From: Alphaproteobacteria bacterium
GTDB taxonomy: Bacteria > Pseudomonadota > Alphaproteobacteria > UBA8366 > GCA-2717185
Reading direction: 5' to 3'
DNA: 64,000 nucleotides
Assembly: GCA_012103325.1 (NCBI GenBank)
Contig: WLWY01000001.1
Coordinates: 1,153,653 to 1,217,652, forward strand
This document shows positions 42,456 through 50,709 of the stretch, in pieces. Positions within the stretch are counted from its first letter, which is position 1. Each line of letters begins with the position of its first letter. The notes under the pieces were generated by a model. It was given only the letters and a program-made list of their open reading frames with translations. It was not told the DNA's origin and searched no databases. Both the position numbers and the translations under genes were made by a program.

Positions 42456-43697
42456 ATGTTCGAGCGCGTAAAACCGGAAAGCGTCGGCCTGTCGGGAGTC
42501 CGCCTGCAGCGGATCGCGCCCTGGATGGACGATTATGTCCATAGCGGCAGGTTTCCGGGCTGCCTGACCGCCATCCTGCGCCGCGGCGAACTCGCCTATC
42601 TCGACTGCCGCGGCATGGCCGACCCGGACAGCGGCCGCGCGGTCGCCGAGGATACGGTGTTCCGCATCTACTCCATGACCAAGCCTATCGTGACGGCGGC
42701 GGCGATGACGTTCTTCGAGGAAGGCCGCTTCCAACTCGACGACCCGGTCGCGCGCTTCCTGCCGGAATTCGCCGACACCCCCGTCTGGGTCGAGGGCGAA
42801 GGCAGCGCGATGCGCACCGAGCCGGCCGCGGACAGCATGAAGATCTGGCACTTGATGAGCCACACGGCGGGGCTGGTCTACGGCGCCCGCAACGACAGCC
42901 CGGTCGGCGCGATGTGCCGCGAGAACGGCATCGACTTTTCGCGCCGCAACGGCGGTTCGCTCGCCGACACGGTGCGCAACCTGGCGAAGATTCCCCTGCG
43001 CTGGCAACCGGGCACGCGCTGGGAATACAGCGTGGCCACCGACGTGCTGGGCCGCCTCGTCGAAGTCCTGGCGGAACAATCTTTGGATCAGGCACTCAAG
43101 CACCGCATCTTCGACCCGTTCGGCATGCACGAGACCGGCTTCCAGCTGCAGCCCGGCCAGTTGCCGCGCTTCGCCGCCCTGTTCAATGCCAAGGACGGCG
43201 GCCTGGAACTGAACGAACGGCCTGACGAAAACGCCAGCCACGCGCGCGACGTCACCTTGTGCTCCGGCGGCGGCGGGCTGGTTTCCACCGTGGGCGACTA
43301 TCTGCGCTTCGCTGAGGCGATCCGATGCAAGGGCGCGCTCGGTGATGCGCGCGTCGGTGATGCCCGCATCCTGGGCCGCCGCACTGTCGAGTTGATGACC
43401 ATGAACCACATGCCGGGCAATGCCGATCTGGCGGCGATGGGTACGCCGGTGCATAGCGAGACGAGTTACGAAGGCATCGGCTTCGGGCTCGGCTTCTCCG
43501 TCGTGCTCGACCCGGCAACCGCCAAGGCGGCCTGTTCCACGGGCGAGCATGCCTGGGGCGGGGCGGCTTCCACGGCTTTCTGGATTGACCCGGTCGAGGA
43601 CATTGTTGTCGTATTCATGACGCAAGTCATGCCGTCCTCAAGCTACCCGATCCGCCGCGAGTTGCGGTCGCTCGTCTATCAAGCAGTCATAGACTAG
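42456..43697 (+). CDS. Serine hydrolase, beta-lactamase/transpeptidase-like (class C/EstB-type esterase family)
   Basis: SxxK motif FRIYSMTKPIV. The start is placed at MFERVKPESVG, preceded by GAGAGGAG; the ORF track extends upstream through the palindromic repeat. Confidence 0.8.
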   Translation: MFERVKPESVGLSGVRLQRIAPWMDDYVHSGRFPGCLTAILRRGELAYLDCRGMADPDSGRAVAEDTVFRIYSMTKPIVTAAAMTFFEEGRFQLDDPVARFLPEFADTPVWVEGEGSAMRTEPAADSMKIWHLMSHTAGLVYGARNDSPVGAMCRENGIDFSRRNGGSLADTVRNLAKIPLRWQPGTRWEYSVATDVLGRLVEVLAEQSLDQALKHRIFDPFGMHETGFQLQPGQLPRFAALFNAKDGGLELNERPDENASHARDVTLCSGGGGLVSTVGDYLRFAEAIRCKGALGDARVGDARILGRRTVELMTMNHMPGNADLAAMGTPVHSETSYEGIGFGLGFSVVLDPATAKAACSTGEHAWGGAASTAFWIDPVEDIVVVFMTQVMPSSSYPIRRELRSLVYQAVID

Positions 43698-43744
43698 TGT
43701 CCTGATCGCAAAATTCGAGGGATTTTGCGTGAATCAGCACACCA
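43694..43744. repeat. CTAGTG-bounded palindromic element, copy B (type 1 variant)
   Basis: CTAGTGTCCTGATCGCAAAATTCGAGGGATTTTGCGTGAATCAGCACAC. Relative to copy A, both sides of the central stem have changed (CGCAAAAT / ATTTTGCG) while pairing is preserved. The element overlaps the TAG stop of the upstream gene. Confidence 0.7.
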
Positions 43745-43796
43745 AGAAAATGGTCATTTGAAATCAAGCAAACCACAACACAAGAGGAGAAACGAC

Positions 43797-44099
43797 ATGG
43801 CGAAAAAGACCCCTTACGAAATGGTCCCGCAACTGGGCAAGCTGCGCGACGAAGTGCTGTTCGGCGATGTTTGGGAACAGCCGGAGCTGACCAAGCGCGA
43901 CCGCAGTCTGGTCACGATTTCCGTGCTGACCGCGCTGTACCGTACCGACGAGCTGAAAGGCCACATGAAGCGCGCGCTCGACAACGGCGTCACCCAGGAC
44001 GAAATCCGCGGCATGATCACCCATCTGGCGTTCTATGCGGGTTGGCCGACGGCGGTAAATGCGGGGCGAATTGCCGTGGAGGTGTTCGAGGACGACTAG
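43797..44099 (+). CDS. Carboxymuconolactone decarboxylase (AhpD-like) family protein
   Basis: About 100 aa with a CMD signature (…SVLTALYRTDELKGHMKRALDNGVTQDEIRGMITHLAFYAGWP). AGGAG Shine-Dalgarno upstream. Confidence 0.75.
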   Translation: MAKKTPYEMVPQLGKLRDEVLFGDVWEQPELTKRDRSLVTISVLTALYRTDELKGHMKRALDNGVTQDEIRGMITHLAFYAGWPTAVNAGRIAVEVFEDD

Positions 44100-44293
44100 G
44101 GCGCGCGGGCGGTATTCACCCGACATCCGACCGACGTCATCCCAGACGCGGCTTTCCTCCAAATCTCTGATTTGGCAAGGAAAGGCAGCGATCAGGGATC
44201 CAGACTCTTCGTGTGTGAGCGGCGTTTCCTGGATCCCGGATCAAGTCCGGGATGACGATGAATGGGAAGTATAGGAACACAGGGAGTGACATC

Positions 44294-45058
44294 ATGGCAC
44301 GCGTACAGGACAAGGTAGCAATCGTCACCGGCGCGGCGATGGGGCTCGGCGCCGCAATCGCGCTGCGGCTGGCGGAAGAAGGCGCCAAGCTCATGCTGGG
44401 CGACATCGACGCGGACGCGCTCGAGACCTCCGCCGCGAATGCAAAAGCCGCCGGGGCCGAGGTGGAAACCCTGGTCGGCGACGTGACAGAGGAAGGCCCC
44501 GCTGCGGCTTTGATCCAAGGCGCGCTCGACCGGTTCGGGCAGCTCGACATCCTGGTCAACAATGTCGGCGGCAGCCGCAATTCGAAGATCTGGGAGATGC
44601 CGGTCGAAGACTGGGACCACACGGTGAAGCTCAATCTGCGCGGCACCTTCCTGTGCACCCGTGCCGCGGTGCCGCATATGATGGAACGCAAAGCGGGCAA
44701 GATCATCTGCCTGTCCTCCGGTGCGCGCGAGGGCACGCCCTGGACCGCGTACTATCAGGGCGGCTCGGCCTACTCCGCCTGCAAGGCGGGCGTGCACGGC
44801 TTCATCCGCGACGTGGCGCTCGAACTGGCCGAATACAACATCAACGTCAACGCCGTCGGCCCCGGCCCGATCGACACCGAACGCGCCGGCGCGACGCTGC
44901 GCCAGATGAACGAAACCGTGGAATACAGCCCCAACCACATGACCCCGCTCGGCCGCCTCGGCCAACCAAAAGAGGTCGCCGACGCGGTCCTGTTCCTGGC
45001 CTCCGACGAAGCGTCGTACATCTCGGGACACACCCTGGCGGTGGCCGGCGGACGGTAA
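44294..45058 (+). CDS. SDR family oxidoreductase
   Basis: Cofactor motif TGAAMGLGAAIA, NNVG, and the catalytic region SSGAREGTPWTAYYQGGSAYSACKAG. Confidence 0.85.
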   Translation: MARVQDKVAIVTGAAMGLGAAIALRLAEEGAKLMLGDIDADALETSAANAKAAGAEVETLVGDVTEEGPAAALIQGALDRFGQLDILVNNVGGSRNSKIWEMPVEDWDHTVKLNLRGTFLCTRAAVPHMMERKAGKIICLSSGAREGTPWTAYYQGGSAYSACKAGVHGFIRDVALELAEYNINVNAVGPGPIDTERAGATLRQMNETVEYSPNHMTPLGRLGQPKEVADAVLFLASDEASYISGHTLAVAGGR

Positions 45059-45070
45059 CCGCGCGCCCGA

Positions 45071-45102
45071 CCCTGCAAATCTCGCAAGCAGGGTTGTTGT
45101 TT
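45071..45102 (+). terminator. Rho-independent terminator after the SDR gene (first of two)
   Basis: CCCTGC-...-GCAGGG followed by TTGTTGTTT. Confidence 0.55.
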
Positions 45103-45145
45103 AATCCCCCCTGATTTTGTATAAAAAGCCTATCAGCAAGATCTG

Positions 45146-45179
45146 CGCCCGCCCGGAAAACTCCGCGGCGGGCTTTTTC
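45146..45179 (+). terminator. Rho-independent terminator (second)
   Basis: GCCCGCCCGG-AAAACTC-CGCGGCGGGC followed by TTTTT. Confidence 0.7.
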
Positions 45180-45251
45180 GTGGCTCGCTCAAATTACGGT
45201 GGCGAACAGCGCACATCGTGATCCTAGCCGCGATCCATTCCTCACGTCCGT

Positions 45252-45570
45252 TGTTCTCCCCTCACCCCGCCCTGAATGCCTTTGTGGGCATCCAGCCCCA
45301 AGGAGAGGGAGAATCAGCGCGCCGATCTAGACCCTCTCCCCACGAAGACCTCTGCGAAATAGTGCCAATGACATCGTTTCACCCCCCATCCTATCCTTCC
45401 CCCACAAAGGGGGAAGGGATAACTCACAGAGATCAACAGGTTGTTCTCCTCCCCCTTGAGGGGGGAGGACTAAGGTGGGGGTGGACGGCGGCTCCCCCTG
45501 CTGTTTCGCAGAGGTCTCCCACGGGAGAGGGAGGGCCCCGCGGAGCGGGAGGGTGAGGGGAAAACATGTC
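45252..45570. repeat. GC-rich nested palindromic element, copy 2 (with additional outer inverted repeat)
   Basis: Core GTTTCACCCCCCATCCTATCCTTCCCCCACAAAGGGGGAAGGGATAA…TCTCCTCCCCCTTGAGGGGGGAGGACTAAGGTGGGGGTG is about 90% identical to copy 1. Outer inverted repeat TTCTCCCCTCACCCCGCC / GCGGGAGGGTGAGGGGAAAA. Confidence 0.7.
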
Positions 45571-45606
45571 TCCAAAACCTATCGACCTCATTAGAAGGAG
45601 CCCCCC

Positions 45607-47793
45607 ATGCCCCGATTGCCCGGCGTGCGAGATGTCACGCGTGTATCGACCGACGGCCTGCGCCTGCCCGCCCTGAACGCGCCCGCGCCCGATCCGACCG
45701 GGGCGGCGCTGCAGGAGGTCGGGCGGTCGCTGGGCGACTTCGGCGAGGCGCTCGACGATTTCGCCCGCAAGCGCAAACGGCTCAAGGAGGCGGACGAAAG
45801 ACTCAAGGCGCAGAAATTCGATGCCGACTTGGCCAAGGGACGCGCCGTTTCGCCGCCGGACGGTTTCTTCTTCGAAGACGCGGACGAGGATGGCGAGGGT
45901 GAGGCGCGCATCGGTGGCGCGGCCACCCCAAGCGCGGACAATCCGCCCCTGCTCTCCTTCGAGGAAGCGGGCGACGCTCACATAAAGCGAATTCAAAACC
46001 CCGAGCAGCAGGCGCGTCACCAAAAGATCTTCGATGGCCACAAGAAGTTCCGCCTTATCGACCGCGGCGTCGAAGACCAGAACATCGGCGCCGCCAATCT
46101 CGTGTTCCGCGTCGACGGCATCCTCGACCGGCACCGCGAAACCGTGTCCGCCAAACCGGACATGATCAAACTGTCGCTGGAGAAAGGACGCGGCGTCCTG
46201 CGCCAGAACAAAGACGATCTGGGCTGGTCCGACGAGACCCTGCGCGAGAAGGAGGCGGCCTTCGAGCGCAGCCTCGACGTGGCGCTGTTGCGCGGCCGCA
46301 TCGCCCGCGGCGAGACCGTACCGGTGCTGGACTTTCTCAAAGGCCCCGACGCCCGGACCCTGCTGGACGGAGACAGCATCGCCGGCCTGACCCGGGAGGC
46401 GGAAGCGCGCGAGGCCAGCGAGGTGACGGCGATCCTGAGCGATATGGATATCCATGGCGCGGCGACCGAGCGGGCCGGGACCGGCCTCGAAGGCCTGCCG
46501 GAGCGCGCGGCCGAGACCCTGCCGCCGGAACAGTTCGATGATTTCGAAGTGGCCCAGCGCCGGGCGCGGACCCTGTTCGACTTTGGACAGCAGCATGGCG
46601 CGTCCTCGCAATCGGAAATCGAGGCGGCGGCGAAAGCACTGCGTCCCGCCGAAGGCACGGGTGCGGCGGATCAGAAGACGTTCGAGGCGGTCACGGACAA
46701 GGCGCAGCGCATCATCGCCGAGCGTCACGCCGAGCGGGCGGTCACGCGGAGCCTGGCGGTACAGGAAAAGCGAGAGGTGCCAGAAGAGCTGCGCAAGGTG
46801 CTGCCGAAGGAAGAAGCGCGCACCATGGCGGCCGACCTGGACGCCCTGCCGGCACTGGCCCGCGCGCCAGAAATTCTGAAACTGAAGGAGAAGTACGGCA
46901 AGCATTTCGACGCGGTGTTGCCGCAGATGCGGACGGAGGGGCTCGACCCGGAAACCGCCGCCATTGCCGCCGTCGCCGACAATCCCAAGGCGCTTCAGAC
47001 CGTGCTGCAGGCCATGGGCGTGCCCTATGCGCAACTGACCGAAGGCAAGACGCCGGACGAGGTCGCCGATCTGCGCGCGGCCCTCGCGGTGGAGCGGGAC
47101 GTCCTGGAGCAGCAGGGCCGCCTCGACCCCGCCATCGAGGGCTTCGTCTATGAGAAGATCGCCCTGCGCGGTCTCGAGCAAAGCGGCAACACGCAGCTCG
47201 CTGTGAAACGCGCCATGAAAACCTTCGCGGGACCGGACGACGCGGTCGCTAGCGACGATTCGGTTTTTGGGGAAGTGGGTAATGACCTTCTAATCGAAGG
47301 AAATAGTAACGATGCGCAGACTGGCAGCTCAATCAGCCTCACATCGGCGCAGCCCTCTAATCAATTAGGTGCAGAGAATACACTTTCTCTGGACGCCGAT
47401 GAAGATGAACTTCTAGACCTTGCAGAACTAGACCCAGCTACCATTCGTGCGCTCAGCAATCTTCGCGCACTCCTCAGGCAGAATAGAAGCAAAGGCGTTT
47501 CCAGCCAGAAATCGGGTTTAAAGTTCGTTGAGAAAAATTGGGATCCCGTAAATATAATCCCATGGCCGAAGGCTTTTATGCATCATTACAAGAAGCATGC
47601 ACCGCCGGGAATGTCACCTGTCGAGTATACTCAAAGAGCAATAAAATCATGGAAAACACGGCTTGAACCGGGATCAAACATCACAAAATCAACAGACGCG
47701 CTCGGGCGACGAGCGATCATGGTAGAAACATCAACAGGTGTAGGTCTTTATACGCCAAGCGGGAGAGCAATATGGTTCAGACCAAAAAAATGA
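45607..47793 (+). CDS. Large Ala/Glu-rich hypothetical protein with an AT-rich C-terminal module (candidate polymorphic toxin)
   Basis: 728 aa with no domain I recognise. The first ~1.67 kb is high-GC; from about 47280 the coding sequence becomes strongly AT-rich. The C-terminal ~170 aa reads FVEKNWDPVNIIPWPKAFMHHYKKHAPPGMSPVEYTQRAIKSW…GRAIWFRPKK. Confidence 0.6.
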   Translation: MPRLPGVRDVTRVSTDGLRLPALNAPAPDPTGAALQEVGRSLGDFGEALDDFARKRKRLKEADERLKAQKFDADLAKGRAVSPPDGFFFEDADEDGEGEARIGGAATPSADNPPLLSFEEAGDAHIKRIQNPEQQARHQKIFDGHKKFRLIDRGVEDQNIGAANLVFRVDGILDRHRETVSAKPDMIKLSLEKGRGVLRQNKDDLGWSDETLREKEAAFERSLDVALLRGRIARGETVPVLDFLKGPDARTLLDGDSIAGLTREAEAREASEVTAILSDMDIHGAATERAGTGLEGLPERAAETLPPEQFDDFEVAQRRARTLFDFGQQHGASSQSEIEAAAKALRPAEGTGAADQKTFEAVTDKAQRIIAERHAERAVTRSLAVQEKREVPEELRKVLPKEEARTMAADLDALPALARAPEILKLKEKYGKHFDAVLPQMRTEGLDPETAAIAAVADNPKALQTVLQAMGVPYAQLTEGKTPDEVADLRAALAVERDVLEQQGRLDPAIEGFVYEKIALRGLEQSGNTQLAVKRAMKTFAGPDDAVASDDSVFGEVGNDLLIEGNSNDAQTGSSISLTSAQPSNQLGAENTLSLDADEDELLDLAELDPATIRALSNLRALLRQNRSKGVSSQKSGLKFVEKNWDPVNIIPWPKAFMHHYKKHAPPGMSPVEYTQRAIKSWKTRLEPGSNITKSTDALGRRAIMVETSTGVGLYTPSGRAIWFRPKK

Positions 47794-48134
47794 AGCTATT
47801 GGAAAACAGGTTAGAAATCATCCGTAACCAAACGTTACCCATTTTTGATTACGAAAATGATAGAGATATATTCGATGCTATCTGCCAAATCTTTACGGAT
47901 GAGAGTGGCTTTGCTGGGATAGCGTACAGGCTGGTTGACAACCCATCTGCAACAATTTCGGATGAAGAAAGAAAAGCAGTTATAGATCCGGTATTCTCAA
48001 CGCCCGGAAAGTTACTTGGTAGAAGTGGCGAGGAAATTGATCTGAGAAGTGCGCCGGAGGTAGTAAAATATGCTGAAAATATGGACGAACTCAGAAAAGC
48101 AATTATAGAAGTAAGCAAAGATAAGGAGACATAA
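47790..48134 (+). CDS. Small low-GC ORF overlapping the end of the upstream gene (candidate immunity protein)
   Basis: Its ATG overlaps the upstream stop (ATGA); the ORF track starts at 47772. 115 aa, acidic, low-GC like the upstream C-terminal module. No recognisable family. Confidence 0.45.
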   Translation: MKLLENRLEIIRNQTLPIFDYENDRDIFDAICQIFTDESGFAGIAYRLVDNPSATISDEERKAVIDPVFSTPGKLLGRSGEEIDLRSAPEVVKYAENMDELRKAIIEVSKDKET

Positions 48135-48189
48135 TGAGCTAACCCGGGTTTGATGGACAGTTTAATTGAGCACGATTGCTCCGTTCTTC

Positions 48190-48345
48190 GTATGCGGCCG
48201 GACTTATGCATTGGGAAATACCGGGAAATACGGTGACGGAAATACGGTGACAGTGCACTTTACTAAAGCAAGGTGCGTGAGCTGACAGAAATCACGTATG
48301 CCCCCTCTCGCCGAACAGATTAAGTGCACTGTCACCGTAAATTAA
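48190..48345. repeat. Iteron-like direct repeats and inverted repeat in a non-coding spacer
   Basis: GGGAAATACCGGGAAATACGGTGACGGAAATACGGTGAC (three GAAATAC units). Inverted repeat CGGTGACAGTGCAC … GTGCACTGTCACCG. TTAAGTGCAC occurs twice. Confidence 0.55.
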
Positions 48346-48478
48346 GTGCACGGAGCTTTAAGGGTCAGGTCTTGCAATCCTACATTAGTTTACGAGCAGG
48401 TCCCTTTATTCACTCTCGGTAAGTACAGTGTCGCAGTAAGTTGAGCGACGCATATCGACGAAAAGACACCACCGCCCC

Positions 48479-50194
48479 CTACCCCACCGCCCTTGCCCCA
48501 CGCACCAGCCGCCCTGGTAGCCCTCCCGTCTCCACCCCGCCGATCTGCACCGGCGTGCCCGAGACGATCGTCGCGTCGTAGCCGTCGACCTTCTGGACCA
48601 GCCGGCGGCCGCCGCTCGGCAGGTCGTGGACCACGTGCGGGGCGTGCAGGCGCAGGCGGTCGTAATCGATCACGTTGATGTCGGCCTTGTAGCCGGGGCG
48701 CAGCAGGCCGCGGTCGTTGAGGCCGATGGCGGCGGCGTTGTCGTGGCTCAGCCGCCGGATCGCCCAGGGCAGCGGCGCTTTCGGCCCGCGCGTGCGGTCG
48801 CGCGTCCAGTGGGTCAGCATGTAGGTCATCGCGCTGGCGTCAGAGAGGATGCTGACATGCGCGCCGCCGTCGCCCAGCCCGACCAACGAATTCGGATGGC
48901 TGAGCATGTCCCTGACCGTGCCGAGGTCGCCATAGCTGTAGTTGCTCAAGGGGCGGTACAGGATCGTCTTGCCACCATTTTCCAGCAGCATGTCGTAGGC
49001 GAGACCGGCGGGATCGATGCCGGCGCGCGCGGCCATCGCGGCGATGCTCTGTTCCGGTGCCGGTTCGTAGTCCGGCGGGTCGCCGAGGGGGAAAATCCGC
49101 GCCCAGTTCGACACGCGGTTGGCCAGCCGCTCGTCGGGGTTGCTCTCCGCCATCAACTGCCGGCGGAAGTCGGGCTGGCGCAGCGCCGCGAGCTTTTCGG
49201 CGAACGGCAGGCCGGCGATCTTCTCCCAGCTCGGCCGGTTGACGAACGGGTTTTGGGAGATTTCGAAACCGAGATTGATGCCCGTCGCGCGGGTCAGCAC
49301 CTGACCGAAGATGCGCAGCCCCTCGGCATTGGCGCCGGCGATGCGCGCCATCAGATCGCGCCACGCTTCGGGCCTCGTGTCGCGCTGCAGGATGGTGATC
49401 GTCATCGGCCGGCCCGACGCCTGCACGATGCGGCGCAGCATATCGAACTCGGCTTCCTGATCGTCGAAGTCGGAAATCACCTGCATCCAGCCGGACCCCG
49501 TCTCACCCACCGCCGCCCCGATTTCGATCAGCTCGTCGGCTTCGGCCTTCAGGGTTGGCGTGTGTTCGCCCGCCAGCGTCTTGTGGTTGATCGTGCGCGA
49601 GGTGGAAAAGCCGAGCGCGCCGCTGCGGATGCCGGCCGCCGCGATCCGCGCCATCGCCGCGCGGTCTTCTGCATTCGCCGGCTCGTGCGCCAGGGCGCGT
49701 TCGCCCATCACATAGGTGCGGACGGCGGCATGCGGCACTTGCGTCACGATATCGAGGTCGTAGCGGCGGGCGCCGAGCGCGCCCAGAAAGTCGTCGAAGC
49801 TCTCCCAGTTCCACGGCAGGCCTTCGGTCAGCACGACTTCGGGAATGTCTTCCACGCCTTCCATCAGCTTCACCAACATATCGCGCTGTTCCGGCCGGCA
49901 GGGCGCGAAGCCGACGCCGCAATTGCCGACCATGACCGTGGTCACCCCGTTCCAGGACGAGGGCGTGATGCGGTTCGACCAGGTCGCCTGCGCGTCGTAA
50001 TGTGTGTGCACGTCGACGAAGCCCGGCGTCACCAGCTTGCCGCGCGCGTCGATCTCCTGCGCGCCCTTCGGCAGATTGGCGCCGACCGCAGCGATCCGAC
50101 CATCCGCCACCGCAACATCGGCCTCTACCGGGTCGCCGCCCGATCCGTCCAGGACGGTCCCGCCGCGAATGACCAGCGATGCGTCTTGCGTCAT
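48479..50194 (-). CDS. N-acyl-D-amino-acid deacylase (D-aminoacylase) family amidohydrolase
   Basis: [19 protein letters not shown]…[12 protein letters not shown] (HxH metal motif). The ORF track extends to 50293. Confidence 0.8.
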   Translation of the reverse strand: MTQDASLVIRGGTVLDGSGGDPVEADVAVADGRIAAVGANLPKGAQEIDARGKLVTPGFVDVHTHYDAQATWSNRITPSSWNGVTTVMVGNCGVGFAPCRPEQRDMLVKLMEGVEDIPEVVLTEGLPWNWESFDDFLGALGARRYDLDIVTQVPHAAVRTYVMGERALAHEPANAEDRAAMARIAAAGIRSGALGFSTSRTINHKTLAGEHTPTLKAEADELIEIGAAVGETGSGWMQVISDFDDQEAEFDMLRRIVQASGRPMTITILQRDTRPEAWRDLMARIAGANAEGLRIFGQVLTRATGINLGFEISQNPFVNRPSWEKIAGLPFAEKLAALRQPDFRRQLMAESNPDERLANRVSNWARIFPLGDPPDYEPAPEQSIAAMAARAGIDPAGLAYDMLLENGGKTILYRPLSNYSYGDLGTVRDMLSHPNSLVGLGDGGAHVSILSDASAMTYMLTHWTRDRTRGPKAPLPWAIRRLSHDNAAAIGLNDRGLLRPGYKADINVIDYDRLRLHAPHVVHDLPSGGRRLVQKVDGYDATIVSGTPVQIGGVETGGLPGRLVRGARAVG

Positions 50195-50273
50195 GCCAAA
50201 CTCTCCCGCTCCGTAACCCCTTAAACAATAGCCTCCCGCATTCCGGCGGACCAAATCCTGTGTTAGAATTGCA

Positions 50274-50579
50274 TTGGAAACGGAGGACCGCATGGATCTT
50301 CAAACCTTCAAGGCCTCGATACACGGCGAGGCGCCGCCGGACGGACACAGCCTCGCGCTACAAGCCTTGTGGCAGGACGCGAAAGGCGAGTGGGACGAAG
50401 CGCACAAGCTGGCGCAGGCGCAGGATGATGCCACCGGGGCTTGGGTGCATGCCTATCTGCACCGGGTCGAGGGCGATCTGCGCAATGCCGGCACCTGGTA
50501 CAAGCGCGCCGACAAGCCCGAATGCACCGCACCGCTCGCCGAAGAGTGGGACGAGATTGCCGCGGCGCTGCTGCGCTAG
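50274..50579 (+). CDS. Hypothetical small protein (~95-101 aa)
   Basis: High-GC ORF divergent from the D-aminoacylase gene. No recognisable motif. It ends exactly at the TAG embedded in the CTAGTG repeat. Confidence 0.4.
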   Translation: METEDRMDLQTFKASIHGEAPPDGHSLALQALWQDAKGEWDEAHKLAQAQDDATGAWVHAYLHRVEGDLRNAGTWYKRADKPECTAPLAEEWDEIAAALLR

Positions 50580-50706
50580 TGTGATGATTCTGAAGTTCGC
50601 CGCATTAAATGCGGCTAATTTTAGGATCTGAATCACACGAGACTCTAATAGTGAATGTGCTGATTCACGCGAAATTCAATCCTTTGAATTTCACGATCAG
50701 GACACT
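50575..50706. repeat. Composite CTAGTG palindromic element, copy C (type 2 + type 1, inverted relative to copy D)
   Basis: The type-2 unit contains the hairpin GCCGCATT-AA-ATGCGGC, followed by the reverse complement of the type-1 unit. It runs from a CTAGTG terminus to a CACTAG terminus. Confidence 0.7.
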
Positions 50707-50709
50707 AGG

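Noticed and set aside
42027-42797. Long N-terminal extension of the serine hydrolase ORF (track start 42228) and 256-aa ORF 2027-2797-style frames through the palindromic element
   Set aside because: The extension reads through the GC-rich nested palindrome. A strong Shine-Dalgarno (GAGAGGAG) precedes the internal ATG at 42456, which gives a normal-length enzyme.
45433-47181. 582-aa minus-strand ORF, and overlapping + strand ORFs at 46454-46879 and 45871-46170
   Set aside because: They are antisense or alternate-frame shadows of the 728-aa gene. Their composition is Arg/Ala-rich GC noise.
48626-50224. 532-aa plus-strand ORF, with the 49503-50348 minus-strand ORF
   Set aside because: They are shadow ORFs of the D-aminoacylase gene, which has clear amidohydrolase motifs on the minus strand.
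50358-50636. Small ORFs 50358-50636 (- strand) and 59594-60241 (- strand) ending in …KFAALNAA(N/D)FRI
   Set aside because: Their shared C-terminal peptide is just the translation of the CTAGTG palindromic repeat. They are not conserved coding sequences.
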